Source: Euglena gracilis
Lineage: Eukaryota
Direction of reading: 5' to 3'
Length of the DNA: 64,000 bases
Assembly (NCBI GenBank): GCA_039621445.1
Contig: CP154954.1
Span: 49,393,847 to 49,457,846 of the forward strand
Positions 50,324-62,676 of the stretch are shown here, in pieces. The notes under the pieces were generated by a model that was given only the letters and a program-made list of their open reading frames with translations, was not told where the DNA came from and made no database searches. A program made the position numbers and the translations under genes. Each line of letters starts with the position of its first letter. Position 1 is the first letter of the stretch.

Positions 50324-53300
50324 CTACTTAGCCTCCTGCTGCTTCGCCTGGTGGATGCGCCACACCTTGGACCGCTTGTGCTTCGGGGGCAGCACTGCCG
50401 GCCCCTCGTCGGCCCAAGGCGGGGCAGTCAGCGTGGACGCCGGAGGAGGGGGTCGGGACGTCTGCGGGGAGTACCCAAAGCGGGGTTTCGGACAGGGCTG
50501 AGAAATGGAACTGTAAAATCCGACTGCTGCTTCGGGAGCAAATCCCCCAACACAGCCTCAGCCCGTTCTGGTTTATCCTGCCATCGAATTGCCACAAGTC
50601 TGAGTCCCCTGGAAAATATCAGGAGTGAAGCTTTTTTTTAAAAAAGGCTCGCCATTGCAAAGAACGAAATCACGGGACTGTAATACCAAAGCAGCCTGGG
50701 AGGCATGCAAGGGAAGCCGTGGACAAGCACCTATAGTTGACCCCCAGATTTTCGCCATTTTCGGCCATTTTCGGCCATTTTCGGCCATTTTCGGCCATTT
50801 TCGGCCATTTTCGGCCATTTTCGGCCATTTTTTCCTATAGGTGGGGGGTGAAACTGCCTTAAAACTCTTTCATACCAACAATGCATTTGATCATTCAGTC
50901 AACATGCAAGCAGTCGTGACAAGTTAATGCATCCAAGGAGGTCCGTTTGGAATGGGTGCTCAGGGATTAAAGAGGTCAAAGAGTTTTTGTTGCAATATGC
51001 AAATGCAAGGTTTTGAGAATAGGCTTCTTTTTTCCTGTCTCTTGTCCACTTTGGTCTTTTTTTTGCTGGGGGTTCTTGGGACGCTTCATGAGAGCGGTTG
51101 GCACATGACATATTAACCACAATGGCAACACCAAACCCAGTGCTTTTCTCTTCAAGCCTCTTGGCATGGATGCTTTTAACAAACAACTTCCGCTATTTCA
51201 ACTTGACACCCCAAGCAACATTGTTTGATGGTGGCACTATTAGATCCCATCCAATTGTGTGCAATAAACCTAATGCAGGAATCACACCTTTAACGCAGGG
51301 AAAAAACACTTCACATACTTTGCCTGGTTGCACCTTGTCACCACAATTTTCTGAAATGTCATCAAAACCATCACCTTTGGCCCAAATAACCCATTCAGAG
51401 GTGGTTCTTTGAGCAGCATGTGTTCCACGGTCAGGCATAATGGCAGGAGTGTCTACATCTTGTCTAGCATCTGCATCTTGAACAATATCTACATCATGTC
51501 CAGCATCTGCATCTTGTTCAGCATCTGCATCTTGTCCAGCATCTGCATCCATTGCATCTTGTCCAGTATCTGCAACCACTGCATCCACTGGCTCCCAACC
51601 TAGCAAAATGACCACAGAAACCCCAAAAAATGACCACAAAAAGCCTAAAATTGACCGCAAAAGTCCCAAAAAGCAACCAAAATGACCTAAATGGCTTCAA
51701 ATTACATAAACTTGCCCAAAAGCACCAACAATACCACAAAGAAATGTGAAAAATTCACCAAAATGGCGCAAAATGGCCCAAAATGCCATATTGACAAATG
51801 TGCTCATATTGACCCAAATTAGCCCAATATTTGCTAAATCAGTGCAAAATATCCCCAAAATTAGCAAAAACTCATCCAAAATGGCCAAGATGAGTGTAAT
51901 ACTGGAGATTTGTGGAGAAATTATCCCAAAAATGGGTAAAAAGAATGCCAGCATCGCCCTTGTCACCAAAATTTTCTATCAAAACATTCAGCTTTGGCCC
52001 AAATAACCCTTTCGGAGGTGGTTCTTTGAGCAGCATGTGTTGCAGGGCCTGGCATAATAACAAAAGAAGAGAGGCTGCACAGAGACAAGAATCAGTCGCA
52101 CTGAAAATTGCCCCTCAGGGAAAAAGAAGCTGTCAGGCAAAAAAAAAACCTCGAAAAAATTTTGCAACAAATTTTTTCTCATTTTCGGCCATTTTCGGCC
52201 ATTTTCGGCCATTTTCGGCCATTTTTACTCTAGGTGCTTGGCCGTGGAAAACGGGGGGGGGCATCCCCCCAGAGGGACGTGGACCCCATCGGGGGCTTCC
52301 GGCCGGAAAGGCCCCGCCTTGCGCAGCGCCGCCCTCCGCCGTCGCCTCCCCCTCCGCCCCCTCGGCCCCCGCGGGCCGCTTCCGCTCCTCCGCCCGCTTG
52401 TGCGTGGCCAGCGCCATCTGCCGCTGGTGGTGGGGCCTGGCGGACCCCCCTTCCCTGTGAGGTGAGTCCTCCTAAGTCGGGGGTTCCTATGGAGATCCTC
52501 TGTCCAGACCCCCCCCCACACACATCAAAAGAGGTGTGCACCCTCCACGTGGTTGCATCAAAAAAAAAACGCCAGCAGTGGGATGACTTCGTCACGGCAA
52601 CCCGAGCGGTCATACTTGCTCAACCACACCCGGAAACGGCGCCGAACGGTTGGCAATGATGTACAAACAGGCCGCTGAACCCTGGGTGTTGCAGGGTCTT
52701 CCAGAAAAGACCAGAGTCGCCCCGTGGGGGGGGGGGCAAACCAGCAGCCAGCTCTTCCCGCCATCAACAATTTTGTTCATTTTCCAGCCTTCGGGCAGAA
52801 CGCTTTTCACTTTCCCGAAGCTTCAAATCGAAAATGCAGTTGAACTGCCGCGATGGCCGAATGGACCACCGGTGGCCAAACCCAGCCAGTCCCGCCCCAG
52901 CCCCGGTGGGCAGCGCCTCGGCAAACCCCCGCCCGGCCCCAGCCGGTACTCGTGCAGGTCATGCCGCTTGCGGTCCGCGCGGTTGTCCGCCTTCCGGCTC
53001 CGCCGCAGCCGCCGGTGGTCCTCCCGCGTCAGCTCCACGTCCGCCTTGAACGCGAGGCCCGCCTGGTTGGCCGGGGCGGTGAACGTGTCCTGCGGCGCCA
53101 GCAGCTGCGCCGTGTTGACCGCCGCCGGGGCCGCGCGCCGGGCCGCTGGGGGAGGGGGGGGGGGAGGGGGAGAGTTGGCACGGCAGGGGTCCGCGGGCGG
53201 TGCCCACCCCACCCATGGTCTTTCTGCAGACCTCCGCAGGAAACGTTCTCCGCGTTTTTTTCAGGGGCAACCACTTTCAAAACAAACCCATTTACCCAAA

Positions 53301-56300
53301 AACTGACAAAATTCCCGGCTGGGTTGCTATTTTTCAGCCAAAATATTGAGCTGGACAACCCCCAAAAACCTCAAAAACACTCCATTCTTCAAAAAAGGGC
53401 GCTTCGGAAACAAATATCTTTTGTCCAGGTTGTCCCCAACTTTATTTCACTTGGCCCCCGGGATCGTTTTGCATCCATGCCACCAAATCCGGACAATGGG
53501 ATTCAAAACGCAGCAGAAAATGAATTGTTGGCTCGGCAGCATGACACCGCAACACACCACACCGACCCTTGCGGTCAGTTGTATGTCTTCGGGGCTGACA
53601 CGGAACCAAAAAAAAGCAGCCGTCGCGGTTTACTCACAGAGGCTTTCCTCAACCCCCAAATGAAAATCCAACACACAAAAGCATGTCAATGCAACGGCTC
53701 GCCGCCCCCATTCTTCTGCAGCCCGGGGCCCGGGCGGGATGGCCTCCTCCAGCTTGAGGGCGGCGCCGCTGGCGGTGACGGAGAGGTCGGGGTCCAGGAC
53801 CGGGTTTGGCACGTAGTGGGCGTGCGACAGCGCGTCGAGCGACTTGGACAGCACGAACCACAGCTCGATGGCGTGCTTCTCCTCCTAAGGGGGATGGGGG
53901 GGGGGGCGGTGCACGGGGGTCTGAGGCGGCGAGAGTGGGTGGCCTCGAAGCGGAACTGCGGAACTGAGCGAGAAGGGTCCTGTGCTGCCAGGCCTACGTG
54001 GAGCATTTTAACCGCAGCCAACTGGATGAATGGCACACTTCTGCATGGAAAAGCCAAAGCCGGCAGGCGGTTCCTCAGCGAGTAAAGCCACACTCCATGA
54101 CGCATGCTCAGCCACCCAGGCACACTTGGGCACCGCATACGCTCAAAGAGCGTTAAAAAAAAAAGAGGCTCACAACTCACTCTAAAAAAGGCTCACGGGG
54201 ACATCACCCCAGAGGTAAGGGCTGGACACCCCCACTCCAGCACACAATACTTTGACCAACCCCCGGGGGAGGGAGGATCGCTGGTGTAAGGGGTCCCTGG
54301 CCACTCACCACGCAGCAAACTGGGCCAGAAGCGAAGTTAGCGCCGGCCATAAACAGACAAGAAGCCTTAGTGCAACTAAGGGAGGGAGGATCGCTTCCAC
54401 TCTTTAAATACTGGTCAGCACTTTTTGGGAAGCCAGTCAGTCACTACCCCCCCCCCCCCCGGGTCGCCACGTTGGATCATGTTTTTACCGACCCATAGGG
54501 GGAGGGGGACCACTTCCACTCATGGAAAAACCAGTCAGTCACTACCCCAGGGGTGGGGACCACTCTGAAAATTGACCAGTCAGTCACCCCCGGGGTGGGG
54601 GATGACTGACAGATTTTTTTTCGGAGCTTTTTGACTGGTTTTTGGCCCCAACCCCCCTGGGGGGGGGATCGGCAAAATAACCACCAAAGTGACCTGGCGC
54701 CGAAGGCGCTGCAAATATTTTTCCTTTCTTCACGTTTTTGGCGGGCGGTCAGTCACCAACTAATAATAATTGTGTGTTGACCCCAACACTCTTTCAGTTC
54801 GGGGTGATGGGGGGCGGACCTGTTGCTGCCACGTCAGGGGGGCCCCCTCCTCCCCGGTCCCCGCCGCCGCGGGGGCCCCGCCGTCCCCCGCGAGGCGCTT
54901 CTTCTCCAGGAAGTCCTTCTCGTAGAGGTCCACCAGGCTGAGCGAGGACTTCACGCAGTCCAGCGGCGGCGCCGGCACGTCCTTGTTGGGGGCAGGGCGG
55001 GCCATGAGGGAGGGGCCCAAGTCTCTCTCACACCACGCAGCGTCGAGTTTGGCTGCTCTCTGAGGCTGGCGTTGCGAATGCGCGCACGGGTGTACCCACA
55101 CGAGCCCATCCCCGGGAGAAACGGCGTGCCCGGAAATGGTCCGTTCCTCCCCCAGGACGCTGCCCAGAACCCGCCAGGGCCCCCCGGTGCTTGATTTGTG
55201 CTGCAGGCTCCGGAGTCTGCGCCACGGACCATGCTCAATCAGAAGAGGGGTTGCGGCCCCTTCCCAACAAGCCATTCATCCCTGGGAAACGCCTTGCGCC
55301 AAAAAGGCAGCGTCTAGAATCAAGCAACGAAATCATTGACCGGCGTGTTTTTGGGCTGCCACCCGACTCCTCTGGCAAATGTGGCCCACCATGCTGTTCA
55401 CTCAAGAAGGCGGGGGGGGGGGGTGGCACGCGTGGCGCAGCGTGGTACGCACAGGCTGAGTGAGGTCCACCCCGCCCTGGCTGGTCGACAGCGCCACCTT
55501 TGGGTACACGTCGTCAAACAGCTTGTCTTGGATGCGCTACACGCGGGGCAGCGCTCCATTGGTCGGTGGAGGGGGGGGGCAGAGGGTAGAAGCATACCCA
55601 ACCCAAAATGACACCCCCTTCAGGCCAGCATAGGGCACCGGACTGGGGCCTCCTCCACACGGGGAAAACCCGGGGTCGGGAAGAGAGCGTTGTGATTTGT
55701 TCAGTGTTGGCCCCCACCCCCACGGGCTTTGTCTACTGCCCCCTAACTGCTAATCTTAACACCGCCCTCCTGCCAGCCTGCCATGCAAACTTGGCTCCCC
55801 CCAAAAAGTTGGCCTTCGGCTTCAACTTGCGATCTCGTCCCCCATCTTCACGTTTTTGGGTTAGTTTGCGACCGCCAAAATTCTTCTCATGCAAACGTAA
55901 ACTTGGCCCACTAAGGTTGGTCGCCCGGCGTTAGCTTCAATCGTGGCCACCGGGGTGTGTCGGTGTGTATGGGTTCCGGCAGGACTCGGCTCGTTTCCGC
56001 CCTGCTCGGTTGGGGGAGCCCACAGGACCACCAGGACCGGTCCCCCGGCCTGCGGATGCGGTCCTCCAGGGCCTGGGTCGTCTCGGGGGTGATGACGGGC
56101 ACCTGCTTCATCGCGTGCTCCACCGCGAAGTCGTCCTCCAGCAGGCTGTTCGTCGGCCGCTGGTTGCCCGCCACCTCCCCCTGCAGCGCCCATGGCTTCG
56201 GCCGCAGCAGCTTCGCCTCCAGCCGGTCCACCAGCGTGGCTGCCCCCCGCCCCGCGCTGTCGTCGGTGTCCTGTGAGGGCGCAGGAAAAGTGCAAGGGTA

Positions 56301-59300
56301 GAAACTGCAGACGGGCTGGCTGCACTGCAAGAGTGTTTGCTATATGCCCCAAATAACAGTATGTTTTAAACATTTGCTGGAGGGATTTTATTTGGATTGA
56401 ATTTTATCGAACCCAAAAAAAAGCAAAAAAAAAACTGTAAAAAAAACCTGCACCGAACAATAAACAAGCTGAAACGGTGTGCATATACAAAACAACGTAA
56501 ATTGCGACCACATAAACACCCCCAATTCACATTAAGCATTTTTTGCACAGCTTTGGAACTGATGGCGACAAAGATGGAAGCAATCAACCAAGGTGCACTG
56601 TACATGGCTTTTCATGCACTGAAATGCAAGTCATGTGTTTGGATGCTGGGTCACCAATCGGTTTTCCCCGCACCAAAACTTTTCTCGACCAGGCCAACAA
56701 AGATGCCAACCGGCTTCCCTTCCAAATATGGAAAAAATCCATACGCCAAAATCTGCAATGCTTTCCATGGTTTGGGTGCTTTTCTTGCTTTTTGCACCTG
56801 TTCCTTTGCAACCGGTGTTTCTTGAGAGCGTCACCTGCCCGTTCAAGGCTTGTGCCATTGGAAATACAATTGCCCTTGACTTTGGGGAATCTCCAAATAT
56901 TATTTTGTTGGTGCTTTGATGGTCCTTTGCCACACTTGAAATGTGTTGAGCAACTCTGGCAGGTGCATGCTGGGGATTTCAGCGTCGTACAGGAATTTTG
57001 CCTAAAGGGGGGGGGGTGCCAAGTTACTGGAAACATCATTCGTTATTCGGCCACTGCCAGGAGCAACGGCCCCGCCAGGTTATTTGGGGGGTTTACCTTC
57101 CCTTGTATTGTCTAATTCCAAACATTGAAGAAATTATGAAAAATTTGCAGGGGGAAGGGGGTGGGTGGGCGCTATAGGGTGCCTGTCCATAGCAGGCACA
57201 CCCAGGGGGGGGGGGGAGGCAGCCTGGGGTACGCAGGGTCGGGTGGGTCCTTGCCAACAGGGTAAAGAAAACAGGATCGGTCGCCGGACAGGGGTGCCTG
57301 CCCAACCCACACCCGAAACCCTACACCCCCTAAGCTCCTGATTGAGGAATCACTCCAAGAAGCCACCCGAGCACCAAGAAAAGAGGATATGCTTTTGTGC
57401 ACCCTCCCCCAACCCACAACCAGGCCCCCCACCCCCCAGCGGGGGGGGGGGGAGGTGCTTGGGCAGGCACTCCATAGCATCCCTACACGCTGAGCGTGGA
57501 CCCTTCAAAATGCATTGAGGATCGCCGAAGTTCCAAGTCACACATGCGCACCGGTTTGAATACATCTCCATCATCCTCCTCTTCCTCCTCCTCGCCGTCC
57601 CCAGGGCTGAACGGGAAGGCCTGGTGGGGAGTCAACCAGACCCCCACCCACTATAACACTATGCAAAGACAGATTCTTTCGGAGGAGAGCGAAAATTTTG
57701 GCCTTAAGACCGTTTAAGTGGGTTTGGGGGTCAGACCCCCAAACCCACCACCCACAGGGTTTCAGGTTGTTCCCGTTCGGCCCTGGCCCTCCCCCAGCGA
57801 CTCCTGCAGCTCCCGCAGCTTCCGCATCTGGCGGGACTCCTTTCGCCCGCCCTCGGCTTCGTCCTCGACAGGCCCCGGAGGCGGCAAGAATTCTGGACAA
57901 CAACCGGCGAGGTAGGTGTGGCTGTGGTGGAACGTTGCTAGAAGCGACACTGCCCCTGAACGAGCCAAATGCACAATCAAGGCGGGGAAGCAACCCGGGG
58001 GAAGACCAAGACTGCAAATCCCAAGCCCGCAGCGCCTGGGCGGCGGCCTCCTCCCCGGGCCCCTCCTCCGGCCCGTCGTCCTCGTCCTCCTCGTCCTCCT
58101 CGCCCTCCCCGTGCAGCGCGAGGTCCTCGTCCGGATCAAACGCCGCCCACAGCGCCCGCCGACCCCCCTCCCTCCCCCCGCCCCCGACCTTTGTCCGCCG
58201 GACAGGTTACCGTGGGAGGCGGGGCTGCGGCCCCACCTGTGGTGTGATGGCCGGCAGCGGCTGGCCGCCGCCGGCCATGGCACCAGCTCCCACAATTCCA
58301 CGATTCATGGAGGGGAGGGGCAGGGGTTTTAAAAGGAAGCCTGGGTGAAGCTTCTTCCCCAAATTCCCCAGAACCCCACAGTTAGGGCTCAGACGCCTGG
58401 CATCCGACCTGCCGTGCGTCCCAATTCATGCCCCAGTGGAGGCTGCTCCCTCCAACACCCCCCCCTGCTCTATGGGAGATTGATCCCCCCGGTCGGCAAG
58501 CGCTCCTTGGGTTCACTTGTGGGTGGGCTGCTGTGGGACCCACCCAGCCCGACGTGGACCCCCCCCCCTAATTGGGCCGGCCAGGGGAATCCTCAAAAGT
58601 GTCCGGGCGTTTCGGACCGGAGCCCATGCCCAAGTCTCCGGCCTGGGACCCCCCCCCCAGGTTTGGGGGTCCAGCCCCGAACCCACCCCTCCCCTCCCCC
58701 CAGCCCACCCCCGCCTGCCGGCTCGGCGCTGGCCCCTTCACCGTACAGCGCCGTCAGGGCGGCCTCGGCGTCCGCGTCCTGCGCGTCGTCCCGCCGGCGC
58801 GCCGCCGGCCCCTTCGCGGCCCGCTCCGCCTTCTGGTTGGGCCGAGGCCGCGGCCCGGTCCCCCGAAAGGGTCTCGCATTCCACGCTGCCCCGGCCGAGT
58901 GGGCCGCCCCCGCCCCGCCTGTGAATCTCAACACCTTCCGGCGGCCGGACTGGTTTTTATGTTGAGAGAAATCGGGGGGGGGACACCCGAGGCAGTCCAA
59001 AATCACACCCAGACATGTAGAGTTTACATAAATTTATGAGGATATTTAGGTCAGTTTAGCTGTAAGTAACACCTGGCGCGGGGGGGGGGGTTCCTTGGGA
59101 GTGAGCCACACCCGAACACAAAATATTGTTCCCCGCAGGCTTTTTTCCAACCCGGGGGCAGGGGGGTGCCTTTGTCCTGTGGGGTGCCTCCCCCAGGGGG
59201 GAGTTCAGTTCTTAAACTGCCAACCAAATCAAATTTCCCTTGAAAATAGCCATTTGCAGATCCCCTGGTGCCTTCGCCGGAGGGGGGGGGGGCTATAGCA

Positions 59301-61290
59301 CTTCCCACAAACCCCCCCCCCAGGGGGTCGAAAATCAACCCCCTGCCTGCTCATAGGGCCCACCCTGGGGGGACCTTCCTTAAAAAGAAGCCTGGTTCCT
59401 CAGAAGCCAACTCCCTCAGACGTTTTATGCTTGTGGTGAGTGTACGCTGCTGTTGCTTGCAGTGCCTGCTTGTGTGCTCATGTTTATTATGCAAGGACAA
59501 AATAATGCATGTGCCTATAGGTTTGCAGACTTCAGGTGCATCTCATAGGCCGTGGCTTCGCTGCTCTCCAGATGCTCCAACATTTGCATGAGCTCCTCAT
59601 CCTCGGGGTCCATCGCCCCTTCTGGGAAAGCTTGCCCAATGGTTCCCTCCTCCTCTTCCTCACTCTCCTCCGCATCGTCCAGGGCAGGGAGCCCACTCCA
59701 CCAGGAGAACGGCATCACACGTGCGAGTAAAGCTGTTGGATATGTTCCTGAACTAACCAATAGAAGCGCGGGATTTAGGAATGGAGAGATATGCGGAGAA
59801 TGCTTCGAACTCATGCCACACTTCTTGGACGCAAGGGGCTGCCCAACAGACAACTGACTTTGGGTCCCTGAACGTCCATCGCGGCGGCTTCGTCACCGTC
59901 TCCCCCTTCCTCCTCCTCCTCTTCTTCGACTGCGTCCTTCTCCCCGCGGCCCGCCGCCTTCCCATTGCCCAGCGCAGTGCGCCGGCTGCCCTTCTTCAGA
60001 GGCAGCCCACGCCTTCACACAATCCGCACAGGCTTCACGTCTCCCCGGCTCCCACCCCCCGCCCCACCGCGCCTTGACCCCCATCACGTCCGCCACGACA
60101 CGGAAGGCGTGGGGTGCTCCCCTGAGGCGCAGCGGGGGCGGCCTCGGCCGCCGCCGCGTCCGGTGTCTCTTTCCTCTTCTTCTTCTTCTTCCGCGGCGCG
60201 GGGGGCTCAGCGTCCGCTGGGTCCTCCTCCACCGTTGGCGCCCTGGCCTGAGCACCACAGCGCTATCACCAGCCCAATGAACAGTGTCTCGTTGTCCTGC
60301 CCCCCCCCCTCCCCCGGTGGGGCAGACCTGGTGGGCCTGTCTCTGTGGACGTTCATGGACAGTAACGATGGAGAAATGGAGGATGCGGCTGAAAAGGGAA
60401 AAAGCCCCCAAAAAGAAGAAGGCACGTAGACCTGGGGAAGAAATACCTGAGATCATTCACGTGTGCAGAAATTCAAACTCATTTTGGCCAGATTCCAGAT
60501 TGGCAAACCGACACGCAAATGCATTTGCAGGCAGGAGTTTGTGCCTAATTGAAAAAAGCTGGCACAATGCTTCATTCGGAGATTTCCTTTTTTTAAAACT
60601 GGCCGGAGGACCGACCCACCCACTACTCAATAACCAAAAAAGTCCCATCTCAAAACAATGAAAAATCTACAGGGAAAATGAGGGGGAAACAAGAACATTT
60701 GGCAAAAACAGGTCAACACCAGGGGGAAAACAAAGTGATTTTGGCATCCTTGGACCATCGCCCATCCACCCAAAACGTCAAAAACAAAAACGCGGTTTTC
60801 GTCTGTAAATCGTCAACCCCATTCGATCCCCGGGCCGGCTGTCGGCCGGCCTAAGTCGGCCCTTCAGGGGCGGTACCCAACGAAAAAAAACGTACTGTCC
60901 CTTGGGGGCCTGCCACTCCCCCCTGAAGGTCCAGCCTTTTAAAAAAAAAATCTAGTGTCGAGTGAGCAGAGGTAGGAAGAGCTTCCCTGCCGCTTTCTGC
61001 CCCACCGGGGAGTCCCCGGCGAACGAGGTGGCGGCCCATTTTTGGCAGGACCCCCGCCCCCACCCGTTGGTTGTCCTGCCCATCCCCCCCCGGGGGAGGG
61101 GGCGGTGGAGCCCAGGGCGGCCTCGCCCTCCGCGGCGCGGGGGGTAGGGGCGGGGGCTCCGCCTCCGCCTGCTCCAGGGCCGCCAGCCGCCGCTCCAGGT
61201 GCGGCAGCACCTTACCGGAGTGCATCGCCAGCTGGCTCCAGATCTGCTCCGGCGCGAACGCCGTGCCGCGGGCAGCGCCGAGCCCTGTCT
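50324..61290 (-). CDS. MPP10: U3 snoRNP protein Mpp10 (multi-exon; 5' end unresolved, possibly near 63 kb or beyond)
   Basis: Mpp10 motifs in order: EQIWSQL (~61250); acidic exons at 57.6-60.2 kb; LEAKLLRPKPWALQGEVAGNQRPTNSLLE...PVITPETTQALEDRIR (56270-56051); RIQDKLFDDV (55538-55483); KSSLSLVDLYEKDF (from 54987); LDALSHAHYVPNP...LEEAIP (from 53884); LLAPQD...ELTREDHRRLRR (~53130-52945); last exon ~50411-50324. Confidence 0.9.
50748..50830. repeat. (CATTTTCGGC)n 10-bp tandem repeat (second array at 52180-52222)
   Basis: Direct reading. Confidence 0.9.
56051..56270 (-). CDS. MPP10: Mpp10 conserved core exon
   Basis: KPWALQGEVAGNQRPTNSLLEDDFAVEHAMKQVPVITPETTQALEDRIR, with a CAG acceptor. Confidence 0.9.
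59136..59394. mobile_element. hAT-like MITE inside an Mpp10 intron
   Basis: CAGGCTTTTTT ... TTAAAAAGAAGCCTG; flanks GTTCCCCG / GTTCCTCA (6/8). Confidence 0.65.
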
Positions 61291-62583
61291 GGGGAGGGCC
61301 GGCGGCCAAAATGACAGGAGGCCAGGCGGCCCCAAATGGGGCACGCCTGTCCGCCGTGGCAGTTTGGGGCGGGGGTTGGGGTTTTGAAGAAAGAGACGGA
61401 AGAAAGATGGCGGGAGGGGAGGGGGAGAATCTGCTGCCTCGAATAGACGCTGACTCCCCAGTGGGGGATTTTGCTAAGACTGTGGTTGCCGGGGGGGGGG
61501 GGGGGTTATTTAGATTTTGGCGGGAAACCCGAGGGGGGGGGGCTTCAATTTGGAGGGGGGGTTAGGTGCCTTTGTCAAATCCCACAGCTTAAACAGCCAT
61601 TTGGTGAGAGAGGATTGGGACAGAGGACGCTTGGCACACAAAAGAGTGATTTCCAAGTCAACAGAAATCCAAAAGCCTGACTTTTCACACCCGGCAGGAA
61701 GTGCCGAAGATTGTTTGGGCCGCACAAGGGTACCCAAATAGAAGCCCCCCCCCCCTGCCCCCTTTCGGGTTTTCTGCAGACTGACCGAATAGTAGCCCCG
61801 GGGGGCTTCAAATTGGGGGGGGGGGTAGCATGCACACGGGGATGGACAAAATACGGACCTCCTCAGAGGATTTGAAGATGAATCCAGGTAAAACTTAGGT
61901 ACCTAACCAAAATACCTGCCAACGTATTCCTTGAGAGACCCCGTGGGTATGGCCAACTAGGTCCCCCCCAGGTTGCCATCCCCAATGAGGCAAACACCTT
62001 TCCACCGTATATCAGATGGAAATACAAACGACTTGACTGAGAGGTTGGAAATTTGGGGAAACGGGTGAAGGGAAAGAATTTCCGGCGCATAGCAACCAGG
62101 CCAGGACAAGCCCAAACCCATTTTTGACCACGCTGTAAACTTAGGCAAAACGTTAGAAACGTGTAGCACTCACCCAATTCCTTCAATAACTCTGCATAAG
62201 TTTGGAGAATCAGGTCCCCCCTGTACAGAGGGCGGAAGACTGCGCCACATATCAACATAGATATATTGCAGCCATAAACAGAAAATAAAATAAATAAAAT
62301 AAATAAAGGTAATAGACATAAACTATTATCCCCCCCTGAGGGGTCCATTTCATTTTGGGCACCCTGAAGTGGGTTCTTTGGCATTTTTGCAGGGTAATTT
62401 ATGTTATTTTAAGGAATGGGCTGAGGGCCACAATTGTTGTTCGGAAACAAATTATAGTTTCCAGTTAACAGCTTGACAGAGTTTAGGGTCAGGCCGAAAA
62501 AAGAAATTGGGAAAGTAGGCCGAACTACGGAAATAGCTGAAATCAGGCCTAAATTGGGCCTAAATTTAGGTGTATATTCACAA

Positions 62584-62676
62584 GATGGATGGATGGATGG
62601 ATGGATGGATGGATGGATGGATGGATGGATGGATGGATGGATGGATGGATGGATGGATGGATGGATGGATGGATGG
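62584..62676. repeat. (GGAT)n microsatellite, followed by (CATTA)-like repeats to ~62857
   Basis: Direct reading. Confidence 0.95.

Noticed and set aside
49888-52691. ~28-bp inverted repeat bracketing the last Mpp10 exons
   Set aside because: More simply two opposite-orientation copies of a dispersed repeat; no TSD found.
56397-57115. Overlapping ORFs in an Mpp10 intron
   Set aside because: AT-rich, no recognisable domain, no splice continuity.
61863-62384. 173-aa AT-rich ORF
   Set aside because: Codon usage is unlike the real exons and no motif was recognised; probably decayed repeat DNA.
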